From positions 39,742,001 to 39,806,000 of the forward strand of contig OX597821.1 in assembly GCA_951406725.2 (NCBI GenBank): a DNA stretch of 64,000 nucleotides, read 5' to 3'. Of the stretch, positions 25,095-39,239 are shown one piece after another. The stretch comes from Octopus vulgaris (Eukaryota). Each line of letters opens with the position of its first letter. Within the stretch, counting starts at the first letter, position 1. The notes below the pieces were generated by a model. It was not told where the DNA came from, made no database searches, and worked only from the letters and a program-made list of their open reading frames with translations. The translations under genes and the position numbers were made by a program.

Positions 25095-25318
25095 ATAATA
25101 ATAACAATCATTCCAGGATGGAATTTATAAATATTTAATACATCGCTATGTGTGTTTCCACAATCACATGGCTTAACATCAGAGCCAATATCCTTGGGAT
25201 ATCGCACGGATATCGGCTCTGCTGTTAAGTCATGTGATTGTGGAAACATGCATAGCGATTTATTAAATATTTATAAATTCCATCCTGGAATTATTGTTGT
25301 TGTTAGTATTATTATTAT
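25095..25318. repeat. ~220-bp palindrome
   Basis: Arms ttccaggatggaatttataaatatttaat...; centre gatatc near 25200; mirrored ORFs 25016-25249 and 25152-25355. Confidence 0.92.
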
Positions 25319-27069
25319 ATGTAGATATATAATATATACAGGTTGTGAGAGGTAATGGTATCAAGAAGACCCAAAGGGGTCAGATAATGCTGAGTAAGTG
25401 CTATGGACAGACTATAGTTAAGCTCCAGGTTCGGTGATTATGCGAATGAGGAGTCCAACGTAGGTCACACACACACAAATACACACAAAGTTCTTATTCA
25501 AAAATTTGTATTTTGATAAGGATTTATGAGACTAAGTTGTCTCATCCTAATCACAGGATTTAAAAGATTTTACAAATGTGAGTGTGAAAGAAAGAAAAAG
25601 TGAGAGAGAGAGAGAGAGATTGTATGTGTGTGTGTCTTTTTGTTTCTGTCTCTCTCTTTCTGTTTCTCTCTCTCTCTCTCTCTCACACTGCACAGTTTTC
25701 TCCTCCCTGGTTCCCTACATTAAATAAATCTGAATGTTTAACTTCAGAAAACATTCAAAGGTCCCAAGATCTTGTTGTACTTCCTTACTCTCTGTGCCAA
25801 GCATATCAGCTCATGTTGCATGCTTAAAATATTCGTCTCACAACTGCCAAGTCAATAAAATACTAAACATCTAGCTTGAAGGACATCAGTTCAAATTGTG
25901 AACTAATCCTACCTGGATTAGTTCATCTGTTAATTGAATAATGAGGAGGTATTCTGAGAGGCCAGGTCAGATGTGGGGGCATGTGTCATTGTAGCACTTT
26001 GCTACATTCACCATTTGCTGCCATTTTCACGGGTCCTTTTGGGCGACATGTCAAGTAGAGTCCTATTTATTCCCCATCTCCACAAAATACCACCTCATCT
26101 GCTGCAACCATATGGTACGTGGTCAACCAGTATGAGCTGGCAACCATGTGAATCTTCAGGGAGGAGAACATAGTGTGCAAGACCTAAATAAGAAAATCAA
26201 GCAACAATGCCAAACCATTTAAGTTGGCATTCCTGAATCAGACAAATGAACAGAACACATCCCAGTCTCTGAGTAGAGTCGCTATCTAATCAGTTATAAT
26301 CCATAATCCTGTGAAGTATCCTGGTACCAAAAGAGACCAGATGGCTCCTTGGAGAGTTTAGGGTCTTATAAGGCAAAACATGTTTACTTTTTCTTAATGT
26401 TAGACAAATGGAAAATTTAGCCATGGCCAAATTAATTCATGGTGTTTACTAAGGGTTACCATTTTTAGCCCTTTAACACCCAATATTTATAATGGATATG
26501 GTGTCTCTTTTGATATTATTCCATGGTATAAAGTGGCCAAAACGCTTAGTGACATTTCGTTCGTCTCTGTGTTCTGAGTTCAAGTTCCACTGAAGTTGAC
26601 TTTGCCTTTTGTCCTTTCAGGGTTGATAAACTAAGTACCAGTTGTGTACTGGGGTTGATGTAATCAACTTGCCCTACCTCCCAACCTTCTAGCCTTGTGC
26701 CAAAATTTGAAACTAATATTATTCCATGTTGAGGGGCTGGCATGGCTGAATAGTTAAGCAGTTTGCTTCTCAACCATGTGTTTCCAGGTTCCATCCCACT
26801 GTGTAGTGTCTTGTGTCTTTTACCATAGCTCTAGGCTGACAAAAGTTTTGTGAGACAATTTGGTAGATAGAATCACACACACATTTATATGTATATGTGT
26901 GTGTGCATGTGTGTTAGTGTCGGCTTGACTTGACATTGAATAGCAGTTGTAAACAAGTGTCACCCTCATCCAAGTGGTGTCGTTCATTTCTGGTCTTCTA
27001 TGTAGACATATTTGTTCATGGGGAAATATTATATTTCTTGGAAACAGGTGATGGTGTGTAACAGGAAAA

Positions 27070-28340
27070 GTATTCAATTATATAATATCTCTCTCAATGA
27101 AATAAAAAGTTCTTATTCAAAACAAATTTGTATTTTGATAAGGCTTTATGAGACTAAGTTGCTTCATCCTAATCACAGGATTTAAAAGATTTTACAAATG
27201 TGAGTGTGTGTGTGTGTCTTTTTGTTTGAAGCCTGAGAGGAACTGCTGGAAAAGGATGAATGCTGTGTAGAGTAATTTGCAAGGATGTGAACAGAAGTTC
27301 TGTGAGAATCAGTTGATCTAATTGACAAGCAGAAAGAAAGGTAAAGAGAGGAAGTGAGAGAAGGAGAGAGAGAGAGATGATCATTTATAAGACAGTCTGT
27401 AATGGAATAACCTAACAAGAAATGTTGAAGTTGACCTAAAAATCAGAATGTATTCTAAATACAATGAGCTTTGTGAGAAACCATTCTTATCAATTCCACA
27501 TGCTTCTGCTTAATTCGCTTTTGAATTCAAGAAACTGAATGACGAGTTGAAGAATATAGACTCTGGAGAATGACCTTGACTTAAAGTGAGTGAATTGTGT
27601 ACTTTTTATATTATCAATGGAATTGAATTGTTAGTGGTTGGTATGACACAAGTATTGAAATTTTGTTTCCTGTGATGAAAGAATACAGCTGAAAATAATT
27701 GCAGGTTTCATATATAACTGTGATTCGTGACTGATCCACTTTGCCTCAGGCGTTTCAGTTGAAGTAATTTTCTTTTGCTAACACCCAGTTTCATTTCAGA
27801 GGTACTGACACCAAATCTGTTGAAAGAGCTGCTGATATATAAAATGATTTCAGTTGAAAACTTATCTCTAGAATTGTTATTCCTCTCCTACCCAATCATA
27901 CCATCTGCATTAACACAAGGTTTTAGTGAAAGCCTGATCCTGATGGTTTAGAGATTCACAGTTAGAAATATTTCAAATGGAAGATTGTAACTGTCCACTT
28001 TCCCTATCTTATTCCTTAATGCATGTGGCCCCTTAGGCTTCAAATTCATGTAAGAAATTATTTATACACACACACATGTATAACCATGCGCATGCAAAAA
28101 CTCCCAGATCTTCACCAGGTTTTTGTATGAATAGATATGCACACAGGCATGTATAATGTAAAATATTAATGCCTCAAGAACACTTAAAGGATCAATGCAT
28201 AACGTTAGTGTCACAGACTCTACTGGATGAAAGAGAGATTTGTCAATGGACAGGAGTCCAGTAACATTATCCGAAAATCAGAACGGTTAGATGAGCTGAA
28301 CTGTTTAGAATCAGCTAATAATGTACACAGGCACTTAGGC
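27070..28340 (+). pseudogene. Decayed L fragment (RdRp C-terminal part into capping domain)
   Basis: FLSIPHASA*F; FVTDPLCL...VLTPNLLKELL...LLFLSYPIIPSALTQGFSESLILMV*RFTVRN, resembling measles WASDPYSA..SPNPMLKGL..IIVPRA..TGARESI; later ACGPLG. Confidence 0.65.
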
Positions 28341-28809
28341 ACACACAAATATATACATACACATGTTTTAGTTTATAAGCTTAAGGTATCTTTATAGTTT
28401 ATCACTCAGGTATAATGTCTGGTTGCATGTTTTGTGTATATTTATACAAAAACATTTGGTTTGGTTTGTTTGGGGATCACAGAACAACTGCTTGAAACCA
28501 GCACACGTTGCCATGTCACCTGGCACCTTTGTATCACTACTCCAACCCACTGTTTAATGTGGTATCGCAGTTTTTACTCTCTCTTTCTGTCCTCCAAGAA
28601 ATATGTATATAAATGTGTGTGTATAGGCAAATCAAAAACAGAAACAAGAAAAGCAACAAAGGTCAAAAGGATGTACTCAGTGATTGTACAAGACTGAGGA
28701 GGCTCAAAGAAAGTTTAAGGTGGGAATAGGAAAGGAGTGTGTGTGGCATTTCAAGCATGGCTCTTTGTCTGAAGGAGGAAAGATGAAAAATCCAGAAAGA
28801 AGGAAACAA

Positions 28810-29950
28810 ATCATCATCATCATCAACATCATCGCTATCATTATCATCATTGTTTAATGTCCGCTTTCCATGCTGGCTTGGGTTGGACAGTTTGACTGGC
28901 AAGCCAGTAGGCTGCACCAGCCTCCAATCTGATCTGGTTAGGTTTCTACAGCTGGATGCATGGGAGCCAGTCAGGCGGCATTGGCATCGGCTACATTTGG
29001 ATGAGGTTTTTTACAGGCCACTGGCATGGGAGCCAGTCAGAGGGCACTGACATTGATCCATGCTCGAATGTTGCTTATTATGTGCCACCAGCACGGATGC
29101 CAGTCTGGTGGTATTGACATTGGTCACGACTACAATTTCACTTGATGCAACAGGCTTTTTCAAGCACAGCATATTGCCCCACGATTCAAGGGTACTTTGA
29201 AATGGGCTTGTTATGCGACACTGAAATCTGCCACAGTTGCAATCTCAATTTACTTGCCGGATCTTCTCAAGCACAGCATATCTCCAAAGGTCTCGGTCTC
29301 TTGTCATTGCCTCTGTGAGGTCCAATGTTCAAAGGTAATGCTTCACCACCTCATCCTATGTTTTCCTGGGTCTACTTCTTACACAGGTTCCTTCCACTAT
29401 TAGGGTGTGACACAACTTCACACAGCTGTCCTTATCCATATGCAGCATATGACCATACCAGTGTATGGTCATATGCACATTACATTTGATGATTCTTATG
29501 TTCAACTTTTCTCTCAGGGCTCTTACACTCTGTCATGTATACACACCTGACATTAAACATCCAGTGGATCATACTAGATTCATTTCTTTCAAGCCGACGC
29601 ATGTCCTCAGCAGTCATGGCCCATGTTTCACTGCTGCTTAGCATGGCTGTTCGCACACAAGCACCATTCAGTCTACTTTTCACTCTGAGCGAGAGGACCT
29701 TTGTTACTAGCAGAGGTAGGAGCTTGCTAAACTTTGCCCAGGCTATTCTTGTTCTAGCGGCTATACCCTCAGAGCATCCACCCCCACTGAAGAATTGATC
29801 ACCTAGGCAGCAAAAGTTAACAACTACATCTAGTTTCTCCACCTGGCATGTGATGGAATCTGTTTCCTGTACATCTTCGGTGTTTATTGCCCCTGTGCAT
29901 CTGACACACAAAAATTATCTTCCCAGTTAACCTTCTTTTGATATAGCTGC
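28810..29950 (-). mobile_element. 5'-truncated RTE LINE (ORF2 C-terminus, 3' UTR, (GAT)n tail)
   Basis: ORF 29480-29911: FCCLGD..GGGCSEGIAARTRIAWAKF..CVRTAMLSSSETW..RRLERNE. Confidence 0.9.
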
Positions 29951-30431
29951 ACCTCTTGAGAGAAGCATGTTTTGCTATACAATCACCTGAAGGATATTTC
30001 ACACTTTGGTATATCAACTCCACCAATGTACCACAGGGCTGATGCGGGGAAACAATTGTAATGAAATGAAATAAGGAATGTCTCTCAATCCATTTTCTCT
30101 TATTCAGCTACTCACACATACATACATACATACATACATGATCATCGTCGTCATCATCAAATGTCTGTTTTCCATGCTGTCATGGGTTGGATGCTTTGAC
30201 TGTAAACTGGTAGGGCCAGGAGCCACAACAGGCTGCAGTTATCAGTTTTGCCATGGTTTCCATGGTTGGGTGTCCTTCCTAATGCCAACCACTTTATAGA
30301 GTGTATTGGCTGCTTTTATTGTGGCACCAGCAGCACCAAGGCCTTTTTATGTGGCACCAGTATCAACAGGGTTACCAATTAACTTACAAGACAAAGACTA
30401 TCCTTTCAGCTAGGAGGAGGAAGTTGTATAA

Positions 30432-30477
<46 letters not shown>

Positions 30478-30679
30478 GGTATGTAGAAAAATACAACATG
30501 GACAAGAACGTATAACTCTTAGAAGACGATACAATAAACACGGACAGGACATTCGAAACCCTCAGTCTTCAGTCAAGAACCGGATCATCGTAGTAATTTC
30601 GGCTGATTAATCTTGAGATTACTAGATCACGGCCAGCCCTCCAATATATATATATACGTATATATACGTATATATTATT

Positions 30680-30877
30680 TTATTCTTTTACTTGTTTCAG
30701 CCATTTTGACTGGGGCCATGCTGGAGCACCACCTTTTAGTTGAGGAAATTGATCTCTGAACTTATTCTTTGTAAGCCTGGTACTTATCCTACTGGTCTCT
30801 TCCACTGAATCACTAAGTTACAGGGACATAAACACACCAACATCGGTTGTCAAGCGATGGTGGGAAGACAAACAAAG

Positions 30878-30926
<49 letters not shown>

Positions 30927-31088
30927 CGATGGGTTTCTTTCAGTTTCCATCTACCAAATCCACTCATAAGGCTTTGGTCAGACCAAGTCTGCGGTAAAAA
31001 ACACTTGGTCAAGGTGCCATGCAGTGGGATTGAACACAGAACCAGGTAGTTGTGAAGTAAGCTTTTTACCACACAGCCACTCCTGTGC
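30680..31088 (-). mobile_element. Full-length SINE family A
   Basis: Reverse-complement homology to 17988-18395. Confidence 0.88.
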
Positions 31089-31169
31089 TTATATAAATAT
31101 GTATATGTGTATGTATGTGTGTGTGTATATATATATATAAATATATATATATGTTTATATATGTATGTT

Positions 31170-31208
<39 letters not shown>

Positions 31209-32347
31209 TTGTGTGTGCTTATGTGTCCATATATGTATTTGGTATCTAGCATTCACACTGAATGTAATGTCTAGTTGTAAACATGATTACCAAGGATCAA
31301 GACAGGTTTAACTTGTCAGTGATAAGATGATATATGTTGATATATCCTCCACCCGAATCAAAGTGTGATATTGCATGGCGATAACAAATAGGTTTTATGA
31401 GAGCATGTGAGATGACACTGAAGAAATTCACTGAGCACGCTCTCTCTCCCTCCCTCCCTCTCTCTCTCTCACTATGTATGTATAATATTAGTGCATCTTA
31501 TAACAAAGCATAGATTAAATTTGGTTGGAGAAAAACATTAAGAAGAATCCATTATATTGTGTAGGAAACTGGTTTGCTATGGACGTGTGTATGAAGTACA
31601 AGAGTTGGGCAATAAAATGGCAGTGATTCAGGTAGAATATAGCAGTGGAAGAAGAAGACATTGGGATGCTGTGGTGAAGGATGATGTCTGAATGATGACC
31701 TTCATGAAGTGGCTTAGAAGGGGCTGTAACAAATGACAAGATGATGAAGTGGAGAAGACCCATCAAACACATGCAAGTACAGAGAAACAGGTGATGATGA
31801 TGATGATGGTGGTAATGATGAGGACAATGGTATTGTTTTTTTTACAAAAATGATGATGATGATGATGTCAAAACACCTTGGATGATAAATGTTGATCTGA
31901 GGCAGATAAAATGCAAACTATTTCTTATCAATGCAACTTCAAACTCAGTTGAAACTAGAAAGTTTCCCTCCACCAAATTCACCCACAAAAATCTATGAAA
32001 TAAACCTACCCAGACAAAATCTCCCATAAAACACGCAATAAAAAAAATAACAGTTGTTTGCACATTTTTATAAACATATTTATCTCCGTTTCTCATTAAT
32101 GTCATACTCGCTATTTACATTTTCTCACACTCTACTAATTATAAATAACTGAAATAAAATAAATGATTCTATCCATTTTGTTTAATTAGAGTAATGTCAA
32201 CCAATAGTCATCAGCTAGATGGCCATGTTCACGAAGCTCCATTGGATTCTTCCATCACATTGGTTTGCCAGATTTTTGTACACTGGCTAACTGACAGAAG
32301 CATCAGTTAACCAAACATCAATAAGAGCTACCAGCAGTCCCCATACA

Positions 32348-32418
<71 letters not shown>

Positions 32419-32819
32419 TAATAATAATGTTAGCGAGTAAATCCAAACTTACAGGGAAAAATTAGATTTAGGATTAAATCTAATTTTACTGTATAACTAA
32501 ATATATATTAAATTAGAGATAAAACCACTATTAGGCAAATCAAACAGTGAAAAACATAAACCAATACATAGAAATAAAATTAATTAATATAATATACAAA
32601 ATATATAAAATATAAAATTCAAAATTTAAATTATTTAAATTTAAAGTTAAAATTTAAAAAATTATTTAAATTATTTATTTATACTTATAAATTTATATAT
32701 ATATATATATTATTATTTTTATTTTTATTATTATTATTATTATTTTAATTTTTTTTTGTAAATATAACTATCAAAAAGTATTAAAAAGTTTAATATAAGA
32801 TAAAGAGTAGATATAAAAA

Positions 32820-32864
<45 letters not shown>

Positions 32865-32967
32865 GTTAATCCAAACGTGAAAATACAAAGAGAAAACACA
32901 ACAACGTGGGGACATAGAACAAGTATAGTGTAATTGGACGCTCAGGAAAGGAAAGAAAGATGGAGCA

Positions 32968-33000
32968 TTTAATGTTTTGAGCGGAGCTCTTTGTCAGAAA
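32968..33000 (-). ncRNA. Degenerate minimal type I hammerhead ribozyme in a Penelope-like remnant
   Basis: Reverse complement tttCTGACAAagagc-tcc-gctcAAAACatt; two core changes consistent with CpG decay. Confidence 0.5.
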
Positions 33001-33070
33001 CATAGGAAAAGGAAAGATCCAAGGAAGGGAAGACGGAGAGAAAAATCGCCAACGGTACACACGCAGTCAC

Positions 33071-33109
<39 letters not shown>

Positions 33110-33228
33110 AAAGCAATTAAGATTCAAGTCAATTCTAATGAATTTACTTGAATGCGGTACTTAACTTAGATGCACCAGAAAACTATATGGTGTTAACCAT
33201 ACAGTAATGTGGGGTGATTATAAACGAG

Positions 33229-33413
33229 AAAGAAGCAACAAGAATGGATTAGTTTTTAGTACAATTGTTCCATACAAAGACAGGCTTTATTAAAAGTTGC
33301 AAATATTGCAGCTGATAAAACTTTTATCTGCTGCAATATTTGCAACTTTTAATAAAGCCTGTCTTTGTATGAAACAATTGTACTAAAAACTAATCCATTC
33401 TTGTTGCTTCTTT
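33229..33413. repeat. ~185-bp near-perfect palindrome between (TA)n tracts
   Basis: aaagaagcaacaagaatggattag... / ...ctaatccattcttgttgcttcttt. Confidence 0.95.
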
Positions 33414-33414
33414 T

Positions 33415-33457
<43 letters not shown>

Positions 33458-33504
33458 GAATATATGTTTCAATAAGAAAATAGAAATTACACGTGGAAAA
33501 GATA

Positions 33505-33790
33505 GAGAGAAAATAAGAAGAAAAAAGCAAAAATGCACATTGGATATAAAAAAAAAGGCTTTTTTAAGAAAAGTAGCGATAAATAAATACAATTAGATGA
33601 ACTGAGGTAGAATTAAGAGGAATTAAATTCATTATTTTGAAATGGAAAAGAGATTCAAAATAATGAATTTAATTCCTCTTAATTTTATTTCAAATCATCT
33701 AATTGTATTTATTTATCGCTACTTTTCATAAAAAGGCCTTTTTTTAATATCCATTGTGCATTCATACTTTCTTTTTCTTCTTACTTTCCC
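33505..33790. repeat. ~285-bp palindrome between (TA)n tracts
   Basis: aaaagtagcgataaataaatacaattagatga / tcatctaattgtatttatttatcgctactttt. Confidence 0.9.
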
Positions 33791-34092
33791 CATATATATA
33801 TATATACATGTATGTATGTATGTATATGTCTATATATATATATATGAATGTATATATATATTATATATATATATAGAGAGAGAATTAAGAGATAGAACCT
33901 CCATATGGTAATTCAATTAATACTGAAAGATATTATATAAGTTTGTATATATTATTAACATTTAAAAAAAAATTTCTACACTAAATAATAAAGATTAAAA
34001 AAAATACACATTAAAACGACTTTATTATTAATATTGTGCTAAAAATTTCTATACTAAATAATATTCATTAAAAAATACACATTAAAACAATG

Positions 34093-34192
34093 ACGCACGT
34101 TTTGTGACTATGTATACAAATCTACAATATCAAAATCAATAATCAAAAATTAATATTTCTTTGATCCAATGATACGTAGCCACTCTTCAGGT
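34093..34192 (-). ncRNA. Degenerate hammerhead with extended stem II
   Basis: Reverse complement CTGAAGA gtggctacgtat ... atacatagtcac AAAAC gtgcGTC. Confidence 0.45.
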
Positions 34193-34922
34193 CTCAATAT
34201 GATAAAATATATTTACAACATAGATGGAGACGTTATAATTACACTATACTTTATAAATAATTGATAAGATTTAACAATATTAAAGAAAAGTATGAGCATG
34301 ACTTACTTTTTTGATGAGCATCAGTCAACGCTGCAAATTAAAGATGGCTACTGAAGTTACGTCCTCTATTGATATGATTTCCCATGTAGGGGAGATAATT
34401 CTTATTTATTGAATACCAGTACTAAATAAAAATATTATCCTCTACCCAGAGTAGGGGAGATAATCATAAAACTGCTTCAAATATAAAAAATAGGAAAAAA
34501 ATGAATTTCTGTGGTTAATTTATTTAGATAAATAAGTAATCAGACAGAGTTTACTGGTTTTTAATGAAAAGTAAAAACGTTAATTATCTTATTTATGTCA
34601 GTTAAATTGAATTTTATATGATAAACTAAAAATTAAACTTATAATATAAAATTTATAATTTACAAATTCAGAATTAAAATTACACTAGACTAAAATTATA
34701 CTAAAGCCATGTTAAAAATTAACTACACTTTTATTGTTACAAGAATTCCATATCTGTAAATCAAAATGTAAATAATAATTTTAGGACTGATAAGTAGAAC
34801 TGTGTATTATAACGTAACAAATTGAAATTTTAATCATTAAACTAAAATTTGGCATTGCAAAAAAATTTCGTTATATAACCCATGCTAGCATGGAAAACGG
34901 ACGTTAAACGATGATGATGATG

Positions 34923-34957
<35 letters not shown>

Positions 34958-35116
34958 CATGCATGTGTATGTATATATATATATATATATATATATGAGT
35001 TTGAGGTTATTAAACAATCATCTAAGGGATAATAAATATCCAATATACCTCTGTTTGTACACCTATATGCTTATATCCAAGTACTTACTGTTGGAGGGCA
35101 GTAGAGCAATTGAATA

Positions 35117-35342
35117 TATTTCTTTACTACCCACAAGGGGCTAAACACAGAGAGGACAAACAAGGACAGAAAAATGGATTAAGTCGATTATATCGACCCC
35201 AGTGCGTAACTGGCACTTATTTAATCGATCCCGAAAGGATGAAAGTCAAAGTTGACCTGGGCGGAATTTGAACCCACAATGTTGCGACAGACGAAATACC
35301 ACTAAGCATTTCATCCGGCGCGCTAACGTTTCTGCCAGCTCA
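35117..35342 (-). mobile_element. SINE family B with TSD
   Basis: Homologous to 16393-16622; agagcaattgaata duplicated on both sides. Confidence 0.9.
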
Positions 35343-35401
35343 GAGCAATTGAATAATAGGTATGAGTGGGGGTAAAGCAGAATTTTACCCAGAATTTATT
35401 G

Positions 35402-35740
35402 GGCAAATAAAAAAAATGGAGAGAGTAATCAATTGACAAATATCAGCCTGTAAACATTCATTTGGATCTATTTATTAATTGATTACAATCCTATGTAAAA
35501 ATGATCAAAATAAACAAATGAAATAAGCAAATAAACAAGTAAATAAATAGAGAAATAAAAATAAATAAAAATAAATAAATGACCCATTTATTCGTTTTCA
35601 TTTATCTATTTTTATTCATTTACTTGTTTATTTATTTTGATTACTTATAATATGATTCTAATTAATTAATAAATAGATCCAAATGAATGTTTACAGGCTG
35701 ATGTTTGTTGATAGATTATCCACTCAATTTTCTTCTTTGC
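35402..35740. repeat. ~340-bp imperfect palindrome
   Basis: atcagcctgtaaacattcatttggatctatttattaatt / aattaataaatagatccaaatgaatgtttacaggctgat. Confidence 0.88.
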
Positions 35741-35747
35741 CTTTATG

Positions 35748-35823
<76 letters not shown>

Positions 35824-35933
35824 TGTATATATATGTATATATATATATATATGTATGTATATATATATTTATATATGTGTATATATATATTTGTATATAT
35901 ATATGTATATATATATATGTATATATGTTTATA

Positions 35934-35974
<41 letters not shown>

Positions 35975-36110
35975 CAACAATTGAGGGTAAAATTAATTAA
36001 TTAATCAATTTCACCAAGTATTCAGTATACAAAGGGACCATTTAAGGCGAATTCAAATTATTACATTATATAAAAGGGCTTAGTAAAATAAATTACTTTG
36101 CCGCATACTG

Positions 36111-36214
36111 AACTCATTAGAAATAGCAGCTAAAAAAACTTTTTTAAAACTATCTCCAATTCTTTAAGTATTGGAGATAGTTTTAAAAAGTTTTTTTAGC
36201 TGCTATTTCTAATG

Positions 36215-36218
<4 letters not shown>
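36111..36218. repeat. ~108-bp palindrome abutting (TA)n
   Basis: aactcattagaaatagcagctaaaa...ttttagctgctatttctaatgagtt. Confidence 0.93.
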
Positions 36219-36263
<45 letters not shown>

Positions 36264-36321
36264 TTTGCAGAAATACATAAATCCGGAGGAGAAACACACT
36301 CTAAAATGTAGACCAGTTAGT

Positions 36322-36627
36322 ATTATAGTGGGGCAGGCTGGTTTTTGGGGTTACCCTGGGTTTCTCGCTCATAAGGGGTTTAGCCTTATGGCATATCTTC
36401 AGACCCCAAACACTGCTGGCCCTCTTTAAAATATGGAGTGGGGAATGGCAAAGGGAGATAATCACCTAAAGTTTTATCCTTAAAAACAAGGCTTCCCCCC
36501 ATCCCTCCTCCATATTTTAAAGAGGTCTCGGGCCAGTAATGTTTCAGGTCTGAAGATATGCCATAAGGCTCCTTATGAATGAGAAACCCAATGTAACCCC
36601 ATAAACTGGCCTACCCCTACTGTAATT
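36322..36627. repeat. ~300-bp imperfect inverted repeat
   Basis: agccttatggcatatcttcagacc / ggtctgaagatatgccataaggct; ctctttaaaatatggag / ctccatattttaaagag. Confidence 0.88.
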
Positions 36628-36734
36628 AATATATATATATACGTACATATATGTATAATAATTATTTGAGGGAATATTATTCCTAACTTACAGGGAAAAA
36701 TTCCATTTAGAAATACTAAATCAAATTTCACAAA

Positions 36735-36774
<40 letters not shown>

Positions 36775-36927
36775 GAAAATTCGAATTTATCAATTCGAAC
36801 AATTAAATTATACCATCTAGAAAATTACATATAATAGAAATATTAAAATTAAAATAACAATAATAAACCAAACATGAAGTAAATTGCAAAATAATAATAG
36901 AAATGTATATATTTATTAGAATAATAA

Positions 36928-37332
36928 GGCGCAGGAGTGGCTGTGTGGTAAGTAGCTTGCCTACCAGCCACATGGTTCTGGGTTCAATCCCACTGCATGG
37001 CACCTTGGGCAAGTGTCTTCTGCTATAGCCCCAGGCCAACCAATGCCTTGTGAGTGGATTTGGTAGATGGAAACTGAAAGAAGCCTGTCGTATATATGTA
37101 TATATATATATGTATGTGTGTTTGTGTGTCTGTGTTTGTCCCACTAGCATTGCTTGACAACCAATGCTGGTGTGTTTACGTCCCCGTCACTTATCGGTTC
37201 GGCAAAAGAGACCAATAGAATATGTACTGGGCTTACAAAGAATAAGTCCCGGGGTCGATTTGCTCGACTAAAAGCGGTGCTCCAGCATGGCTGCAGTCAA
37301 ATGACTGAAACAAATAAAAGAGTAAAAGAGAG
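36928..37332 (+). mobile_element. Full-length SINE family A
   Basis: Homologous to 17988-18395. Confidence 0.92.
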
Positions 37333-38458
37333 TAATGACACGTACACACAAACACACACATATATATATATATATATATATTATATGTAGATATATATAC
37401 ATTTATATATATATATATGTGTGTGTATGTATATATACTTCATACTGATTGTGTCAAACCTGATTTGAATAGGTGCAATGAGGAAGTACACATACTACTT
37501 TTGTATCCAGCAAGATTATGACCCCGTGTATCTGACAGCTGATTAGTTAGAAGGCGTTGAGAAGGTCATCATGCAATGACCATTGTAGTCATCATCACCA
37601 CTATCACCAACTCCTACAACCACCATCATCATCATCATTATCATCATCATCCTTGTCTTTACTATCGTTGTAATCATCATCATCATCTCTGTCATCACCA
37701 TCTCCCCTCTTCACTACCATCATTCACCACCACCACCACCACCACCACCACCACCACCACTCACCTCATGTCTTTCAAATATATTTATATAGTCTTCTAC
37801 AGTAGCGGTAAAAACAATGATAGAACTTATACAAAGTTACACAATTTGCTAGAAATAGCAGCTCCAATTCCCTTAAAACCACACTTTACCATCTTTAAAG
37901 TAAAAAAAGGCCATATGAGTTAATGTAGTTTTGGAGAAATTGTTTGTACATAAGGTAGGGATTGTCATGGCTGGATTACTTTGATCACAAAGCTGTTTGA
38001 TCATAGCTTACCTGTTGGGGGGTTGAGGCGGGATTAACAAAAAAACAAATCAATAACAACGTAAGTGTTCTTTGAAAAATGCATGTTAAAATATGATGGA
38101 AGTTATCGAGACCGGAGCAAGTGGATCGCTGATCTGTTTGATCACAGCTGACCTCTGGGAGCGGAGAAGCCGGCTGGGATGACAGAATTTAGCAACAACA
38201 ACAACAACAAACAACAAACAAATACGAACACATTTTCAAACATGCCTCCTCTCTTTTATCAAGCTGATATCAGTTGTAATGGTTCAGAAGCTACCAGAAG
38301 TTCTTTTTTTTTTTGTTTTTCGTGTGTGACAACATTGTGTCTGCCAATCAAAACAGACATCTCTGCTGCCACCTACAGGATGTTGATATTGACTAAACTC
38401 TATTAACACTATATTCTAAGAAAATATATAGTCATCAGGAAATTACTATCAGATCTGA

Positions 38459-38501
<43 letters not shown>

Positions 38502-38503
38502 CC

Positions 38504-38552
<49 letters not shown>

Positions 38553-39140
38553 CATTATTATCATTATTATGTTTTTGGTAATTGTTGTTTCCATTCTTCT
38601 CTTACAATGAACCGAAATAAAACAATTATTACACAGACTTAAGTTATTTATTAAAGCAAGTAATCTGTAGACTGATCTAATGTTTGCCCATCTTGCAGAC
38701 TGTTTGGCTGATGTTTGAAGGGAAAAGCAAAATGAAAAGCAAAAATGCTATAACCAAATTCTGCACATAATATTCTTTGTCCTTTTTATGGTTTTGCCTT
38801 CATTTTTCTTCTTTTTTGTTATTGCCTTTTTTTTTTTTTTGCTTATCATTTTCATCTAAATACAATTTATTGATACAGTTTACAGTATGACAATATTTTC
38901 TTCCATCACTATTATTTATGCCATTTTAGCAAAGTTATGAATGCCTCATTTCTCTCTCTCTCTCTCTCTTTTCCTATCTATATACATACATATACATTCA
39001 CAAACACACACACATGTATGTGTGTGTATATATGTGTGTGTGTGTATGTATATATGTGTGTATGTATGTATATATGTGTGTGTGTATGTATGTATATATG
39101 TGTGTGTGTGTATGTATGTAAATATGTGTGTGTGTATGTA

Positions 39141-39182
<42 letters not shown>

Positions 39183-39239
39183 CAGTGAGAATTATGGTTA
39201 GATGCTAAATATATCTGTTATGTTAGCATGATGTCTGAA

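Noticed and set aside
30545-30640. Hammerhead ribozyme in a (TA)n-bounded insert
   Set aside because: Core elements are incomplete or truncated; probably a Penelope remnant but not callable
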